Source: an uncultured Conexibacter sp. (GTDB lineage Bacteria; Actinomycetota; Thermoleophilia; Solirubrobacterales; Solirubrobacteraceae). From it: 64,000 nucleotides of DNA. The stretch lies in the NCBI GenBank assembly GCA_964560235.1, contig CAZLKZ010000005.1, forward strand, positions 16,047 to 80,046, given 5' to 3'. Under the pieces are notes generated by a model. The model ran no database searches. It saw only the letters and a program-made list of their open reading frames with translations, and was not told where the DNA came from. Positions 47,187 through 60,537 of this stretch are shown one piece after another (position 1 is the first letter of the stretch; every line of letters begins with the position of its first letter). A program made the position numbers and the translations under genes.

Positions 47187-47782
47187 GCTCCTTCCGCCTC
47201 AAGCAGTGTTCGCAGCCGGTCGAGCCCTCTGACCATCCGGGCCTTGATCGTGCCGAGGGCGATGCCCGTGCGGTCAGCGATCTCCGTTTGTGAGCGGTCC
47301 TCGAAGAACCGCATCTCCAGGAGCACACGCTCCTCTTCTGGCAAGTCGTCAAGCAGCTGCCTGATGCGCCAGCTCTCGAGGATCTGATCCTCGCCGGAGT
47401 CCTGCGCAGGCCCTGAGATCGACTCGGGATCGATCGGGTCGGGCCGCTGCTTTCTCATCTCGTCGATCGCGCGCGAGCGAGCGATCATCAGTAGCCAGGT
47501 GGTGAGGCCAGCGCGAGCGGAGTCGTACTGCGCCCGGCGCTTCCACGCCTCTGCCATCACATGCTGGAAGACATCCTCTGCGGCCCCGCGATCTCGAAGG
47601 GTCTGCTTGAGGTAGCCGAAGACTGTCGCCCCGTACTGCTCGTGGATCTCCTCCACGGCACGCTCGTCGCCCGCCACAAATCGCGTCGCTAAGTCCTGCC
47701 ACGCCAGAGGTGCGGAGGAGTCGGTCGATGCGTCGAGGTCGGCGGTCAACGGAAAAGTCAGGGTTGCAGCTTGAATCGCCAC
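47177..47782 (-). CDS. ECF RNA polymerase sigma factor (SigK-like)
   Basis: AEDVFQ, WLLMIARSRAID, QTEIADRTGIALGTIKAR; start uncertain (GTG 47782). Confidence 0.88.
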   Translation of the reverse strand: MAIQAATLTFPLTADLDASTDSSAPLAWQDLATRFVAGDERAVEEIHEQYGATVFGYLKQTLRDRGAAEDVFQHVMAEAWKRRAQYDSARAGLTTWLLMIARSRAIDEMRKQRPDPIDPESISGPAQDSGEDQILESWRIRQLLDDLPEEERVLLEMRFFEDRSQTEIADRTGIALGTIKARMVRGLDRLRTLLEAEGAWS

Positions 47783-47866
47783 TGTATTGAGAGATACGCA
47801 AGGAGGCTGCGAGCGGTTGCCTCTGGAGACCAAATGTCCGAACTCGGACAGCGGTCGTTCATTGCC

Positions 47867-47892
47867 CAACCGAACCCTGAGGGCGACCCGTA
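47867..47892 (+). promoter_or_regulatory. Putative ECF promoter for the fasciclin genes
   Basis: CAACCG-N16-CGTA; a TGTCCGA-AC-TCGGACA palindrome lies at 47835-47850. Confidence 0.4.
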
Positions 47893-47926
47893 CCCCCGGC
47901 ACCAACCCCTCCTGAAAGGACCGGTG

Positions 47927-48421
47927 ATGTCCCGCAAAAAGATGATGGTCGCAGCACTCGCAGCGACCGCCCTGATGGCGATTCCGTCCTCGGCCTCCGC
48001 CGCTGACAAGAACATCGTGCAGATCGCGTCCGGCGATAAGAACTTCTCCACGCTCGTCTCGCTCGTGAAGAAGGCCGGCCTCGCCAAGACCCTTTCGAGC
48101 GGCGAGTTCACCGTCTTCGCTCCGACGAATGCCGCCTTCAAGAAGGTTCCGAAGGCGACTCTCGACAAGCTGGCCAAGGACAAGAAGCTCCTGAAGTCCG
48201 TCCTCACCTACCACGCGGTTGCAGGCACCGTTAAGGCCGCGGATGTCGTGAAGCTCAACGGCAAGTCAGTCAAGACCGTCAACGGCAAGAAGCTCAAGAT
48301 CAAGGTCTCTGGCGGCAACGTGTTCCTCAACGGAAGCACCAAGGTCACTAAGACCGACATCGAGGCATCGAACGGCGTGATCCACGTCATCAACAAGGTG
48401 CTGATCCCGCCGACGAAGTAG
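47927..48421 (+). CDS. Secreted fasciclin-domain protein (MPB70/83-like)
   Basis: FTVFAPTNAAF, LTYH, SNGVIHVINKVL. Confidence 0.93.
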   Translation: MSRKKMMVAALAATALMAIPSSASAADKNIVQIASGDKNFSTLVSLVKKAGLAKTLSSGEFTVFAPTNAAFKKVPKATLDKLAKDKKLLKSVLTYHAVAGTVKAADVVKLNGKSVKTVNGKKLKIKVSGGNVFLNGSTKVTKTDIEASNGVIHVINKVLIPPTK

Positions 48422-48486
48422 CCCCCTCTCGGCAGGTCAGCAGTAGAGCGGCGCACGGACCCTGACGCAGTTGTCAGAATCGGTCC

Positions 48487-48978
48487 GTGCGCCGTTTGCG
48501 TTTCCTAGCCTGCCTCACCTGCCTTGCAGCCCTCAGCGCCCATCCCGCGCTCGCTGCTCAGAAGTCGATCCGCCAAACGATCGCGAGCGACAAGAACTAC
48601 TCGTCGCTCCGCGCTCTGATCAACAACGCCGGGATGGCGAAGGAGCTGAGCGGGAAGACCAAGTACACGGTAGTCGCGCCGACCAACAAGGCGTTCAAGG
48701 CACTGGGCACTACGTCCAAGGAGCGGCTATCCCAGGACCCGCCCTACGCACGCACCGTCCTGCGGTACCACCTGCTCAAGGGCTCGGTGAAGGCCGCGGA
48801 CCTGCTGGCGTTGAGCGGCAAGACGATTGCACCGCTGCAGGGTGAGCCGTTCCCTGTCGCGATCAAGGGCGCGTTCGTGTTCCTGGGCACCAACGCCAAG
48901 CTGATCAAGACAGACGTTGAGGCCAGCAACGGCCTGATCCACGTTTCAAACCGCGTGCTGCTGCCGCCTACTGAGTAG
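48487..48978 (+). CDS. Second secreted fasciclin-domain protein
   Basis: TVVAPTNKAF, LRYH, SNGLIHVSNRVL. Confidence 0.88.
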   Translation: MRRLRFLACLTCLAALSAHPALAAQKSIRQTIASDKNYSSLRALINNAGMAKELSGKTKYTVVAPTNKAFKALGTTSKERLSQDPPYARTVLRYHLLKGSVKAADLLALSGKTIAPLQGEPFPVAIKGAFVFLGTNAKLIKTDVEASNGLIHVSNRVLLPPTE

Positions 48979-49030
48979 GCGCGACTTATCGCCCTATACC
49001 CGCTGTAAGTCGCCCGAAGGCGTCGCGGGG

Positions 49031-49444
49031 CTAGCCCTCGGCGATGTCGATGAACGTGCTGTAGCGACGGATGTCGCGTGCAGCGACGACCGCCGCCTCG
49101 CTGCCCTCTTCGGCAGCTGCGAGGTCGCGCTCTGCCTCTGCGACCTTCTCGCGCAGCAGTGCCACGTCCAGCGAGCCCGGCTCGTCCGCCTCTTCGACGA
49201 GCAGCAGCACGCTGCCGTCGCCTGCGACCTGCACGTAGCCCTCGCCTTGGGCGAGGTTCACGACGTCGTTCTCGTCGCGGTACAGCCGCAGCTCGGTCGG
49301 CACGAGCTGGCCGAGCAGCGGCTGGTGGCCTGCGAGCAGGCCGATGGACCCGGTCACCGTCCGGGTCGAGACCATCTCGACCTCGTCGTTGAACACGGAC
49401 CCCTCGGGGGTCATGACCTCGACGTTGAAGCGGTTACGGGCCAT
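49031..49444 (-). CDS. atpC: ATP synthase epsilon
   Basis: VMTPEG, GLLAGHQPL. Confidence 0.95.
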   Translation of the reverse strand: MARNRFNVEVMTPEGSVFNDEVEMVSTRTVTGSIGLLAGHQPLLGQLVPTELRLYRDENDVVNLAQGEGYVQVAGDGSVLLLVEEADEPGSLDVALLREKVAEAERDLAAAEEGSEAAVVAARDIRRYSTFIDIAEG

Positions 49445-49449
49445 CAGGG

Positions 49450-51770
<2,321 letters not shown>

Positions 51771-51771
51771 G

Positions 51772-53361
<1,590 letters not shown>

Positions 53362-53394
53362 GTTGTTCTCGTGTCTTGGTGTGGTGCTGTAGCG

Positions 53395-53925
53395 CTAAGC
53401 GAGTGCGACGCCGCGACGCAGGCGCTCAAGGCGGCTGCGGATCGATGCGTCGAGGATTGAGTTGCCTACGCGGACGACAAGTCCGCCGAGCACGTCGGGA
53501 TCGACCTCACGGGTGAGTTCGATCGTCTGGCCGGTCTGAGCCGAGATCGCGTCGGTGATGTGAGCGACCGACTTGTCGTCGAGCTCGGTTGCCGAAGTGA
53601 TCGTGACCGGGAGGCGCTTGTTGGCCTTCTTCCACATCGCGTCAAACGCGCGACGCGTGCGGAAGATCGCCGGCATGCGGTGGTTCTCGATCATCAGGAG
53701 CAGGAGGTTGACGACAGCCGGATCTCCGCCTTCAACAGCGCGGGACAGGCCGTCCGCCTTCTCCTGAGTCGAGAAGTACGGCGAGAAGAAGAAGATCGCG
53801 AGCTCGCGGTTCTCGTCAAGCGCATCGGCGAACGACCCGAGCTGGTCCTTGACCAAGTCGAGCTTGTCCTGCTCGGTCGCTACTTCAAAGAGCGACCGGG
53901 CGTAGACCTGTGCGATCTCTTCCAT
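53395..53925 (-). CDS. atpH: ATP synthase delta
   Basis: YARSL, VDPDVLGG, DASI. Confidence 0.95.
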   Translation of the reverse strand: MEEIAQVYARSLFEVATEQDKLDLVKDQLGSFADALDENRELAIFFFSPYFSTQEKADGLSRAVEGGDPAVVNLLLLMIENHRMPAIFRTRRAFDAMWKKANKRLPVTITSATELDDKSVAHITDAISAQTGQTIELTREVDPDVLGGLVVRVGNSILDASIRSRLERLRRGVALA

Positions 53926-53927
53926 TG

Positions 53928-54497
53928 TTAGTTACGTCCTCCGAGAGCTTCGAAGTCGAGCTCGGAGAGCGCCTCGTCGACGAGGCGACGCTGGTCGTCC
54001 TCGCTGAGCGACTTGCGGGTGACGTGCTCGGTGGCTGCGATCGTCAGGTTGGCGACTTCACGACGGAGGTCCTGAATCGCCTTCTGGGTCTCGCCCTCGA
54101 TGTCACGACGAGCCTGCTCGAGGAGTTCCTCGCGCTGGCGCTTGGCATCTTCCTTTGCCTCACGCTCGAGCTCGGCGCCCGCCTTGTTGGCACGCGTGAC
54201 GATGTCTTCCGCCTGCACGCGAGCTTCCTTGAGCCGCTCGCGGTACTCGGCGAGCACCTCGTCGGCTTCAGCGCGTGTCTTGTTGGCGGAGTCGATCGAG
54301 TCCTCGATCAGCTTCTGCCGCTTTTCGAGCGCTTCAGAGATCGCGGGGAAGGCGAGCTTCCACAGGATCAGCATCGCGACTGCGAACACGGCAAGGGTCC
54401 AGAGCATGAGCCCTGTCTCTGTCGCGAGCAGCGGATTGTCGTCCGAGGCTGCGCCTTCCGTGGCCGCAAGCGGCGCGTTGAGCAGAGTTGCCAGCAT
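53928..54497 (-). CDS. atpF: ATP synthase subunit b
   Basis: TM plus coiled coil; operon position. Confidence 0.93.
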   Translation of the reverse strand: MLATLLNAPLAATEGAASDDNPLLATETGLMLWTLAVFAVAMLILWKLAFPAISEALEKRQKLIEDSIDSANKTRAEADEVLAEYRERLKEARVQAEDIVTRANKAGAELEREAKEDAKRQREELLEQARRDIEGETQKAIQDLRREVANLTIAATEHVTRKSLSEDDQRRLVDEALSELDFEALGGRN

Positions 54498-54505
54498 CTG
54501 GCGGC

Positions 54506-54781
54506 CTAGAGGAAGAAGGCGATCAGGCCGGCGACGAGGCCGTAGAAGAAGCAAGCCTCCGTCAGAGCGAAGCCGAGCCACTGAATTGAGGTGATCTCGT
54601 CGCGCATCTCGGGCTGACGGGTGACAGCTTCGATGACGGCGGCGAAGATCTGGCCGATGCCGATGCCGGCGCCGACGGCGCCGAGACCGCCGCCCACGCC
54701 GAGGGCGATCGCCTTGCCTGCGGCAGCGGCGGTGTCCTCAGATGCGGCCTGAGCGATGACGTTGATGACAGCGAGGTCCAC
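54506..54781 (-). CDS. atpE: ATP synthase subunit c
   Basis: GxGxGxG, RQPE, conserved Glu in ALTEA. Confidence 0.95.
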   Translation of the reverse strand: MDLAVINVIAQAASEDTAAAAGKAIALGVGGGLGAVGAGIGIGQIFAAVIEAVTRQPEMRDEITSIQWLGFALTEACFFYGLVAGLIAFFL

Positions 54782-54799
54782 GGTGTCTCCTTGGGTTAT

Positions 54800-55690
54800 C
54801 TAGTGAGACTCGGAGGCGGCGCCGCCGAGGTAGATGGCAGTAAGAGTGGCGAAGATGAAGGCCTGAAGTGTGGCCACCAGGCCTACTTCGAACATGAAGA
54901 GGACGACGGCCAGCGGGAACGTGACCCAGCCGACGGCCGCGATTCCGAGAATCACGGCGAGCGCGCCGCCCATGAAAAGAATGATGAGGTGGCCGGCGAG
55001 GATATTGGCGAACAGACGCACTGAGAGCGACAGCAGGCGCATGAAGTTCGAGGCCAGCTCGAGGATGAAGATGAAGACGGTCATCGGGCCCTTCGGCACA
55101 CCGGCGGGCACGAAGCTCTTGAGGTAGCCGATCGGCCCCTTCTTGACGATGCCGACCGTCGTGTACGCGATGAACACCACCAGCGCCAGAACGAGCGGCA
55201 CCGAGAGGTTTGCCGTAGCGGCGTACAGAGCGAACGCGGGGATCTCGAGGCCGAACACGTCGACCTTGTGCTCGACGTTCGTCGGCAGCGGGATGTACCC
55301 GAGCATGTTCGAGAACCAGATGAAGAGGAAAAGCGAAGCGACGAATGGGAACCACTTGGCTGCCATCGCGTCGTCCATGTTGCCGCGCGTGATGTTGTCG
55401 CGCATCAGCGTGTAGGCGGCCTCGACGGCGGTCTGCACCTTGTTCGGCTTCTGCTGCATGCGCCGTGCGACGTAGAGCATCGTGGCGACCATGAAGACGC
55501 CGGCGGCAAGGATGTAGAGGTGCGCCTTGTTGATCGCAAGGCCGCCGATGCTGAACAGCTCGTCGAGCTTGAACTCGTTCTGCGGCTGGAACGCGTCGTT
55601 GCGCTCGCCGGCACCGAAGATCACCACGAAGGCGATGGTGATGAGGACGTAGAGACCTACGCCTGTCAGGGCTTTGGCGCGAGCGCTCAT
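54800..55690 (-). CDS. atpB: ATP synthase subunit a
   Basis: LSVRLFANILAGH, LQAFIF. Confidence 0.95.
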   Translation of the reverse strand: MSARAKALTGVGLYVLITIAFVVIFGAGERNDAFQPQNEFKLDELFSIGGLAINKAHLYILAAGVFMVATMLYVARRMQQKPNKVQTAVEAAYTLMRDNITRGNMDDAMAAKWFPFVASLFLFIWFSNMLGYIPLPTNVEHKVDVFGLEIPAFALYAATANLSVPLVLALVVFIAYTTVGIVKKGPIGYLKSFVPAGVPKGPMTVFIFILELASNFMRLLSLSVRLFANILAGHLIILFMGGALAVILGIAAVGWVTFPLAVVLFMFEVGLVATLQAFIFATLTAIYLGGAASESH

Positions 55691-56055
55691 GCGGCTGCAG
55701 AACTCCTCAACAGGGACCGCGACACGAGGGTCGCTACGAGATAGACGGTGAACGCGATCAGCACGAGGATCGCCGCGGCCAGGCCGTCGTCGCTCGACCC
55801 GAGCTTGCCGACCAGCAGGATCACAAGGCCGAGCACCCAAGCGCGAACGAATGCCCCGCCGAGGTTGATGCCGATCGCGGTGCGAACGTCTTCGGTGCGC
55901 TTGGCGCGTGACTCAAGGCCGAAGGCGATGAAGCGCTGGACGATCCAAGCCGCTCCGCCGACCAGCGTGCCGAGCGCGGGAGCGCCGACGATGACGGCGA
56001 CGGGCGCGGTCACCAGCACGAGGACGATGTCGAAGTACCTGAGCACAGAGATCAC
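55687..56055 (-). CDS. atpI: ATP synthase protein I-like membrane protein
   Basis: Four TM; ATGA overlap with atpB. Confidence 0.7.
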   Translation of the reverse strand: MISVLRYFDIVLVLVTAPVAVIVGAPALGTLVGGAAWIVQRFIAFGLESRAKRTEDVRTAIGINLGGAFVRAWVLGLVILLVGKLGSSDDGLAAAILVLIAFTVYLVATLVSRSLLRSSAAA

Positions 56056-56337
56056 GACCGACCGCCTATGCGGCAGTACGGCCGAAGCGGCCGAGCGTGT
56101 GCGGGGCAGGACTGAGTGGCATCGCGAAAAAAGTTGAGCACCACGCCTATTGGCGGTCCGGTCACCCGGTGGCTGGACCGACAACCGGGCGGCAGGGGCG
56201 CTGCGGACTCCGCACACTAGCGGATTCCGCGGCCACAGGACGGCACGTCGAATGAGCTCGTAACGCCCGTTACAAAGGGAAAACGCGGCAATTCAGCTGG
56301 CGCATCCGAGCGGACCGTTCACTACCGTCCGTCGCCG

Positions 56338-57357
56338 ATGCGGAGAGCCAGTCTTGTCGCAGCAATCGCCGCGTGCGCGGCCGCGCTAGCCCTGCCCTCG
56401 GGCGCAAGCGCACTTACGAGTTCCCAGATCTTCGGGATCGGAGATCAGGCGACGCTGCCGGAGCCGCTCGAAGGTGAGCCGGCCTTCGCAGACATCTTCG
56501 CCGACCCTCGCCTGAAGGCGCTGAAGCCGAAGGCGACGCGCTACATCGCCGACTACAAGGTCGCCCAGACTCCGTCGCGCGACCGCGAGCGGCTCGACGC
56601 CTGGTACCAGCTGGGCCTCAAGTACAAGCTGCGGATGCTGATCGCGTTCACAGACTTCGGCAAGAAGACGCCGCCGGACATGAACAAGTACCGCCGCGGC
56701 TTGGTTGCCTTCCACAAGCGCTACCCCGCGATCAAAGAGTGGGCGCCGATCAACGAGGCCAACCACAGCACGCAGTCCACATACCGCCGCCCGCAGGTCG
56801 CTGTGCGGATGGTCAAGGTTGCCCGCTCGGTCTGCAGCAGCTGCACGCTCGTGCAGCTAACGCTCGTGCTCGGCTTCGAGAGCGACATCAGGTACGCACG
56901 CGACTTCATGGACCTCCTCCCCAAGAGCGAGCGCAAGCGCATGGTCTGGGGCCTTCACACCTATTCGGACACCAACCGCAACTCGTCAAAGCACCTGACC
57001 GCTTTCCTCAAGCGGTTCCCCACCGGTGGGGTCTGGTTCACCGAGTCGGCTGCCTGGGCGCAGTTCGCGCCGCCTACGTGGCCCTACAGCCTCACGAGGC
57101 AGGCGAACCGCACAGCGCTCGTGTTCAGGCAGGCGCTTGCGGCAAGCAAGCGCGTCAAGCGGCTGTACTGGTACGAGTGGGACGGCGACACCAACCGCGA
57201 CGCTCGCTGGGACTCGGGCCTAGTTGACGGCAACGGCAAGGTGCGCCCCGCGTACAAGGTGGCCCTCGCCGAGCGCTTCCGCACGAAGCTGACCGCGTTC
57301 CAGAAGAAGCAGATGGGGCTGTCTGTGGTTTCGCAGATCGCCTCGCACAAGCCGTAA
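56338..57357 (+). CDS. Secreted clan GH-A glycoside hydrolase-like protein
   Basis: Signal peptide; NEAN (acid/base), GLHTY, WFTE (nucleophile), YWYEW, DSGL...RPAY. Confidence 0.72.
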   Translation: MRRASLVAAIAACAAALALPSGASALTSSQIFGIGDQATLPEPLEGEPAFADIFADPRLKALKPKATRYIADYKVAQTPSRDRERLDAWYQLGLKYKLRMLIAFTDFGKKTPPDMNKYRRGLVAFHKRYPAIKEWAPINEANHSTQSTYRRPQVAVRMVKVARSVCSSCTLVQLTLVLGFESDIRYARDFMDLLPKSERKRMVWGLHTYSDTNRNSSKHLTAFLKRFPTGGVWFTESAAWAQFAPPTWPYSLTRQANRTALVFRQALAASKRVKRLYWYEWDGDTNRDARWDSGLVDGNGKVRPAYKVALAERFRTKLTAFQKKQMGLSVVSQIASHKP

Positions 57358-57399
57358 TTCGTCGCGATACGGCGGGCCGACCGGATACCGTCCCGCGCA

Positions 57400-58038
57400 A
57401 TGGCCGAGCATCCGGCACCACGATCGTCTGAGCCACTGTCTGTGCGCGACGGTGCGACGACCGAGAACCGCGCACAGGTTCAGGCGCGTGTTTTCGAGGC
57501 AACCGAGCGGCTGCTCTCAGAGGGCAACGCGTACGCGGACCTCAGCGTCGACAAGATCGCCAAGGCCGCGGGCATCTCGCGCACCGCGTTCTACTTCTAC
57601 TTCAGCGACAAACGTCAGCTGATCACCGGGCAAGCCGCTGCGATCGCCGAGGAGCTTTACGCCCAGGCGATCGACTTCTACTCGGGCGAAGCCGGCTCCA
57701 CCGAGGAGCTCGAGCAGGTGCTCGGCGAGGTGTACGACATCTACTTCAAACACGGGGTGCTGATCCGCGCCGTCGTCGAGGTGTCTACGTACGACGAAGA
57801 GATCGCCGTTTTCTGGCGCGGACTGCTCGACCAGTTTGTGAGCGCCACCGAGGAGCGCATCGTGCGCGAGCGTGTCGTGAAGCGCAAGGAGGCTTCTACC
57901 TCTGACGCGCGCGCGATGGCGTTCGCGCTCACGTGGATGACCGAGCGCACGATGTACCAGCAGCTCGTGCAGGGCGAGCCGATCGAGCGTGATGCTGTGA
58001 TCCGCTCGCTCGTAGAGATCTTCGAGCGCTCTAGCTAG
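57400..58038 (+). CDS. TetR-family regulator (EthR-like)
   Basis: SVDKIAKAAGISRTAFYFYFSDK HTH; LTWMTER. Confidence 0.92.
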   Translation: MAEHPAPRSSEPLSVRDGATTENRAQVQARVFEATERLLSEGNAYADLSVDKIAKAAGISRTAFYFYFSDKRQLITGQAAAIAEELYAQAIDFYSGEAGSTEELEQVLGEVYDIYFKHGVLIRAVVEVSTYDEEIAVFWRGLLDQFVSATEERIVRERVVKRKEASTSDARAMAFALTWMTERTMYQQLVQGEPIERDAVIRSLVEIFERSS

Positions 58039-58044
58039 CCGGAG

Positions 58045-58215
58045 CTATTCGGCTGCCGCGGGCTGCGGTGGCCAGGGGCACGTTGCGTGGTGCATCCCTG
58101 CGCCGATCGTCTCTCCGCCCTCGTGGTAGGCGGTGGCGACTACCCCGTCGCCGTTGTCGATGATCTCGCCGCAGACGATGCAGACCGTGAGTGGAGTTGG
58201 GTCTTGATCGGCCAT
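58045..58215 (-). CDS. 56-aa CxxC...HxxC zinc-finger microprotein
   Basis: Not in the ORF track. MADQDPTPLTVCIVCGEIIDNGDGVVATAYHEGGETIGAGMHHATCPWPPQPAAAE; TAGCAT -10 six nt before ATG. Confidence 0.6.
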   Translation of the reverse strand: MADQDPTPLTVCIVCGEIIDNGDGVVATAYHEGGETIGAGMHHATCPWPPQPAAAE

Positions 58216-58245
58216 GGCTCGATGCTACCCGCCTCGGGCCGGGAG

Positions 58246-59436
58246 TTAGCCGTGCGCGTCGTCGGGGTCGATGGCAGCGAACTCGCCGGTTTCGAGCTGG
58301 CGCTCGACGTCCTCGTCGACCTGGCGCTCGGTGACCGTGCCCTGCTGCTTGCGCAGCCGCCGGGCACTTACGCGCCGGAGCTTGATGATCTCCAGCACGT
58401 ACACGAGGTACACGCTCGCGGCCATGACGACTGCGGCGAGCGCGATCACAAGTGTCATCCAGCCCCAGTTGATCGTGCCGTCTGACTCCGAGTACGGGAT
58501 GAACCTGAGCGATACCGCGAACGCAGCCAGCATGAACGTCCACGTGTAGAGGAAGGCAAGCGAGCGGCGACGGCTGAATCCGATCCGGCTGAGCCTGTGG
58601 TGGAAGTGGTTGGCGTCAGCCTCGTAGACGGGCCTGCCGTACTTGAGCCGCTTGAGCACCACGAAGGTTGTGTCGAGGAACGGCACGGCGAGCACCACCA
58701 GGGGGAACACGAGTGCGAGCAGGGCCTGGGTCTTGACCGCACCTTCGACAGCGACGCAGCCGAGCAGGAGCCCGAGCAGGTTCGCGCCGGTATCCCCCAT
58801 GTAGATCGAGGCCGGCGGAAAGTTGTGCACGAGGAATCCGCCCGCGGCTCCGGCGACCACAGCAGCGAGTACGGCGGCGTGGTCGCGCCCGAGATCGAAG
58901 GCGATGACGCAGAACGCGAGCGCAGCGATCGCGCACACCCCCGCGGCCAGCCCGTCGGTGCCGTCGGAGAAGTTGACGACGTTCATCATCAGCACGAGCC
59001 CGAGCACGGTGAGCGGCGCGCCGGCAGCGCCGAGATCCTGCGGACCGATCGGTGCTGGGAGCGTGATGTTGCCGACCTCCACCCCGGTCGCGACCGGGAT
59101 GCTCGCTGCGGCGATCTGGCCCACGAGCTTGACCGCCGGGTGCAGGTCGAACCGGTCGTCGATCGCGCCAACGATGGTGATCAGCAGCGCGCCGAGCAGC
59201 ACCCCGGCGATGCGCGAGTCAGTGACGGGCGTCGTCGGCACCGTGAGCGGCACCATCACGGCCACCGCCGCGAAGATGGCCAGTCCACCGAGCAGCGGGG
59301 TAGCGGCATCGCCCAGCCCGCGTGAGCGCGGCTGCTCGACGGCGCCTACGCGGCGCGCCAGGCGTGCGGCCAGCGGCGTCAGCAGCGCCGCGAGCGCGAA
59401 CGCCCCGGCCGCGCCGAGGAGGGCGTGCAGATACAT
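58246..59436 (-). CDS. wecA: Polyprenyl-phosphate alpha-GlcNAc-1-phosphate transferase (WecA/Rfe/TagO)
   Basis: PLLGG, GAIDD, NFSDGTDGL, NFPPASIYMGDTG, HFHHRL. Confidence 0.9.
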   Translation of the reverse strand: MYLHALLGAAGAFALAALLTPLAARLARRVGAVEQPRSRGLGDAATPLLGGLAIFAAVAVMVPLTVPTTPVTDSRIAGVLLGALLITIVGAIDDRFDLHPAVKLVGQIAAASIPVATGVEVGNITLPAPIGPQDLGAAGAPLTVLGLVLMMNVVNFSDGTDGLAAGVCAIAALAFCVIAFDLGRDHAAVLAAVVAGAAGGFLVHNFPPASIYMGDTGANLLGLLLGCVAVEGAVKTQALLALVFPLVVLAVPFLDTTFVVLKRLKYGRPVYEADANHFHHRLSRIGFSRRRSLAFLYTWTFMLAAFAVSLRFIPYSESDGTINWGWMTLVIALAAVVMAASVYLVYVLEIIKLRRVSARRLRKQQGTVTERQVDEDVERQLETGEFAAIDPDDAHG

Positions 59437-59506
59437 GCTGGTGGCAGGCTATTGGCTGGGGCCGTCGTCGCCGCCCACTGGCCGCCGGGTGTGTAACGCT
59501 GGGCCA

Positions 59507-60499
59507 GTGAAGATCCTCGTCGTCAGCCAGATGTGGCCCTCGGCGAGCGATCCCGACTTCGGCGCGTTTCTGGTGCCGCACGTGGAGGCGCTCCGGGCGC
59601 TCGGCAACGAGGTAGAGGTCGTGGCGATCGAAGGTCGCGGGGGTTCGCGGCTGAAGTATCCGGCGCTGACCGCCCGTTCCGTAGCGGCGGCCGCTCGGTT
59701 TCGCCCCGACGTGGTGCTCGGTCACATGCTGTTCCCGGCAGGGGCCGCTGCGTCTGTCGCTGCTCGCGCCGCACGAGCGCCGCTGGTGGTCATGGCGCAC
59801 GGTCAAGACGTAGAGAATCTCGCCGACCCGAAGATCCTGCGGGCGACCCAGCGTGTCGTATCCGCGTCGCGTTTCGTCGTGTGTGGGTCACAGTGGCTGG
59901 CGGATCGGCTGCAGTCGTTCATCCCAGGCTGCGAGCCGCGCATCGCCGGACTCGGCGTCGACCTGGACGTGTTTGATCTCGAGTCGGCCACACCTGCGGA
60001 CTGGCCCGGCGAAGCACCGCGCGTGCTGTGCATTGGCTCGCTCACCGAGCGCAAGAACGTCGTGGCGCTGGCCGATGCGTTTGCTTCGCTCGGCGGTGGG
60101 TCGTTGGTTTTCGTCGGCGACGGCGAGCTACGCGGTGAGCTGGAGTCGCGCGAACGCGTGACCGTCACCGGCGTGGTGCCGCACACTGACGTAGCCCGCT
60201 GGATCGCGGCCGCCGACGTCGTCTGCCAACCATCTCTGGCGGAACCGTTCGGCATCGCGGCGCTGGAGGCGCTGGCGTTGGCGCGACCGGTGCTCGTTAG
60301 CTCGAACGGTGGCGGAGCAGAGTTCGTGAGCGAAGGCGCCGGGGTTGTCGTGAACCCGACCGACCAGGCCGCGCTGGCCGCGGGCCTGCGTCAGACGATC
60401 GCACTCGGCGTGCCGTGTGCGGCAGCGCGGGCGGCCGCCGAGGCGCGGAGTGCCGAGCGTGAGGCGGAGCGGTTCGCTAACTTGCTCACCGATCTCTGA
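59507..60499 (+). CDS. GT-B glycosyltransferase (GT4 family)
   Basis: VKILVVS, HGQD, RKN, EPFGIAALEAL; start GTG 59507. Confidence 0.88.
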   Translation: MKILVVSQMWPSASDPDFGAFLVPHVEALRALGNEVEVVAIEGRGGSRLKYPALTARSVAAAARFRPDVVLGHMLFPAGAAASVAARAARAPLVVMAHGQDVENLADPKILRATQRVVSASRFVVCGSQWLADRLQSFIPGCEPRIAGLGVDLDVFDLESATPADWPGEAPRVLCIGSLTERKNVVALADAFASLGGGSLVFVGDGELRGELESRERVTVTGVVPHTDVARWIAAADVVCQPSLAEPFGIAALEALALARPVLVSSNGGGAEFVSEGAGVVVNPTDQAALAAGLRQTIALGVPCAAARAAAEARSAEREAERFANLLTDL

Positions 60500-60537
60500 C
60501 CGAGAGGGAGCCAGATCGAGCGATGGGGCGCTTGGAG

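Noticed and set aside
47783-48214. Long N-terminal extension of the ECF sigma ORF (similarly 58823..59506, 32517..32801, 7329..7505)
   Set aside because: These overlap real genes or regulatory RNA on the same or opposite strand; downstream starts fit the family lengths
48981-49013. GCGACTTA/TAAGTCGC inverted repeat as a mobile-element end
   Set aside because: Only 8 bp and single copy, with no transposase; more likely a weak terminator between convergent genes
54506-54781. Na+-translocating ATP synthase
   Set aside because: Subunit c has EAC rather than the ES/T sodium signature and lacks the helix-1 Gln at the expected position
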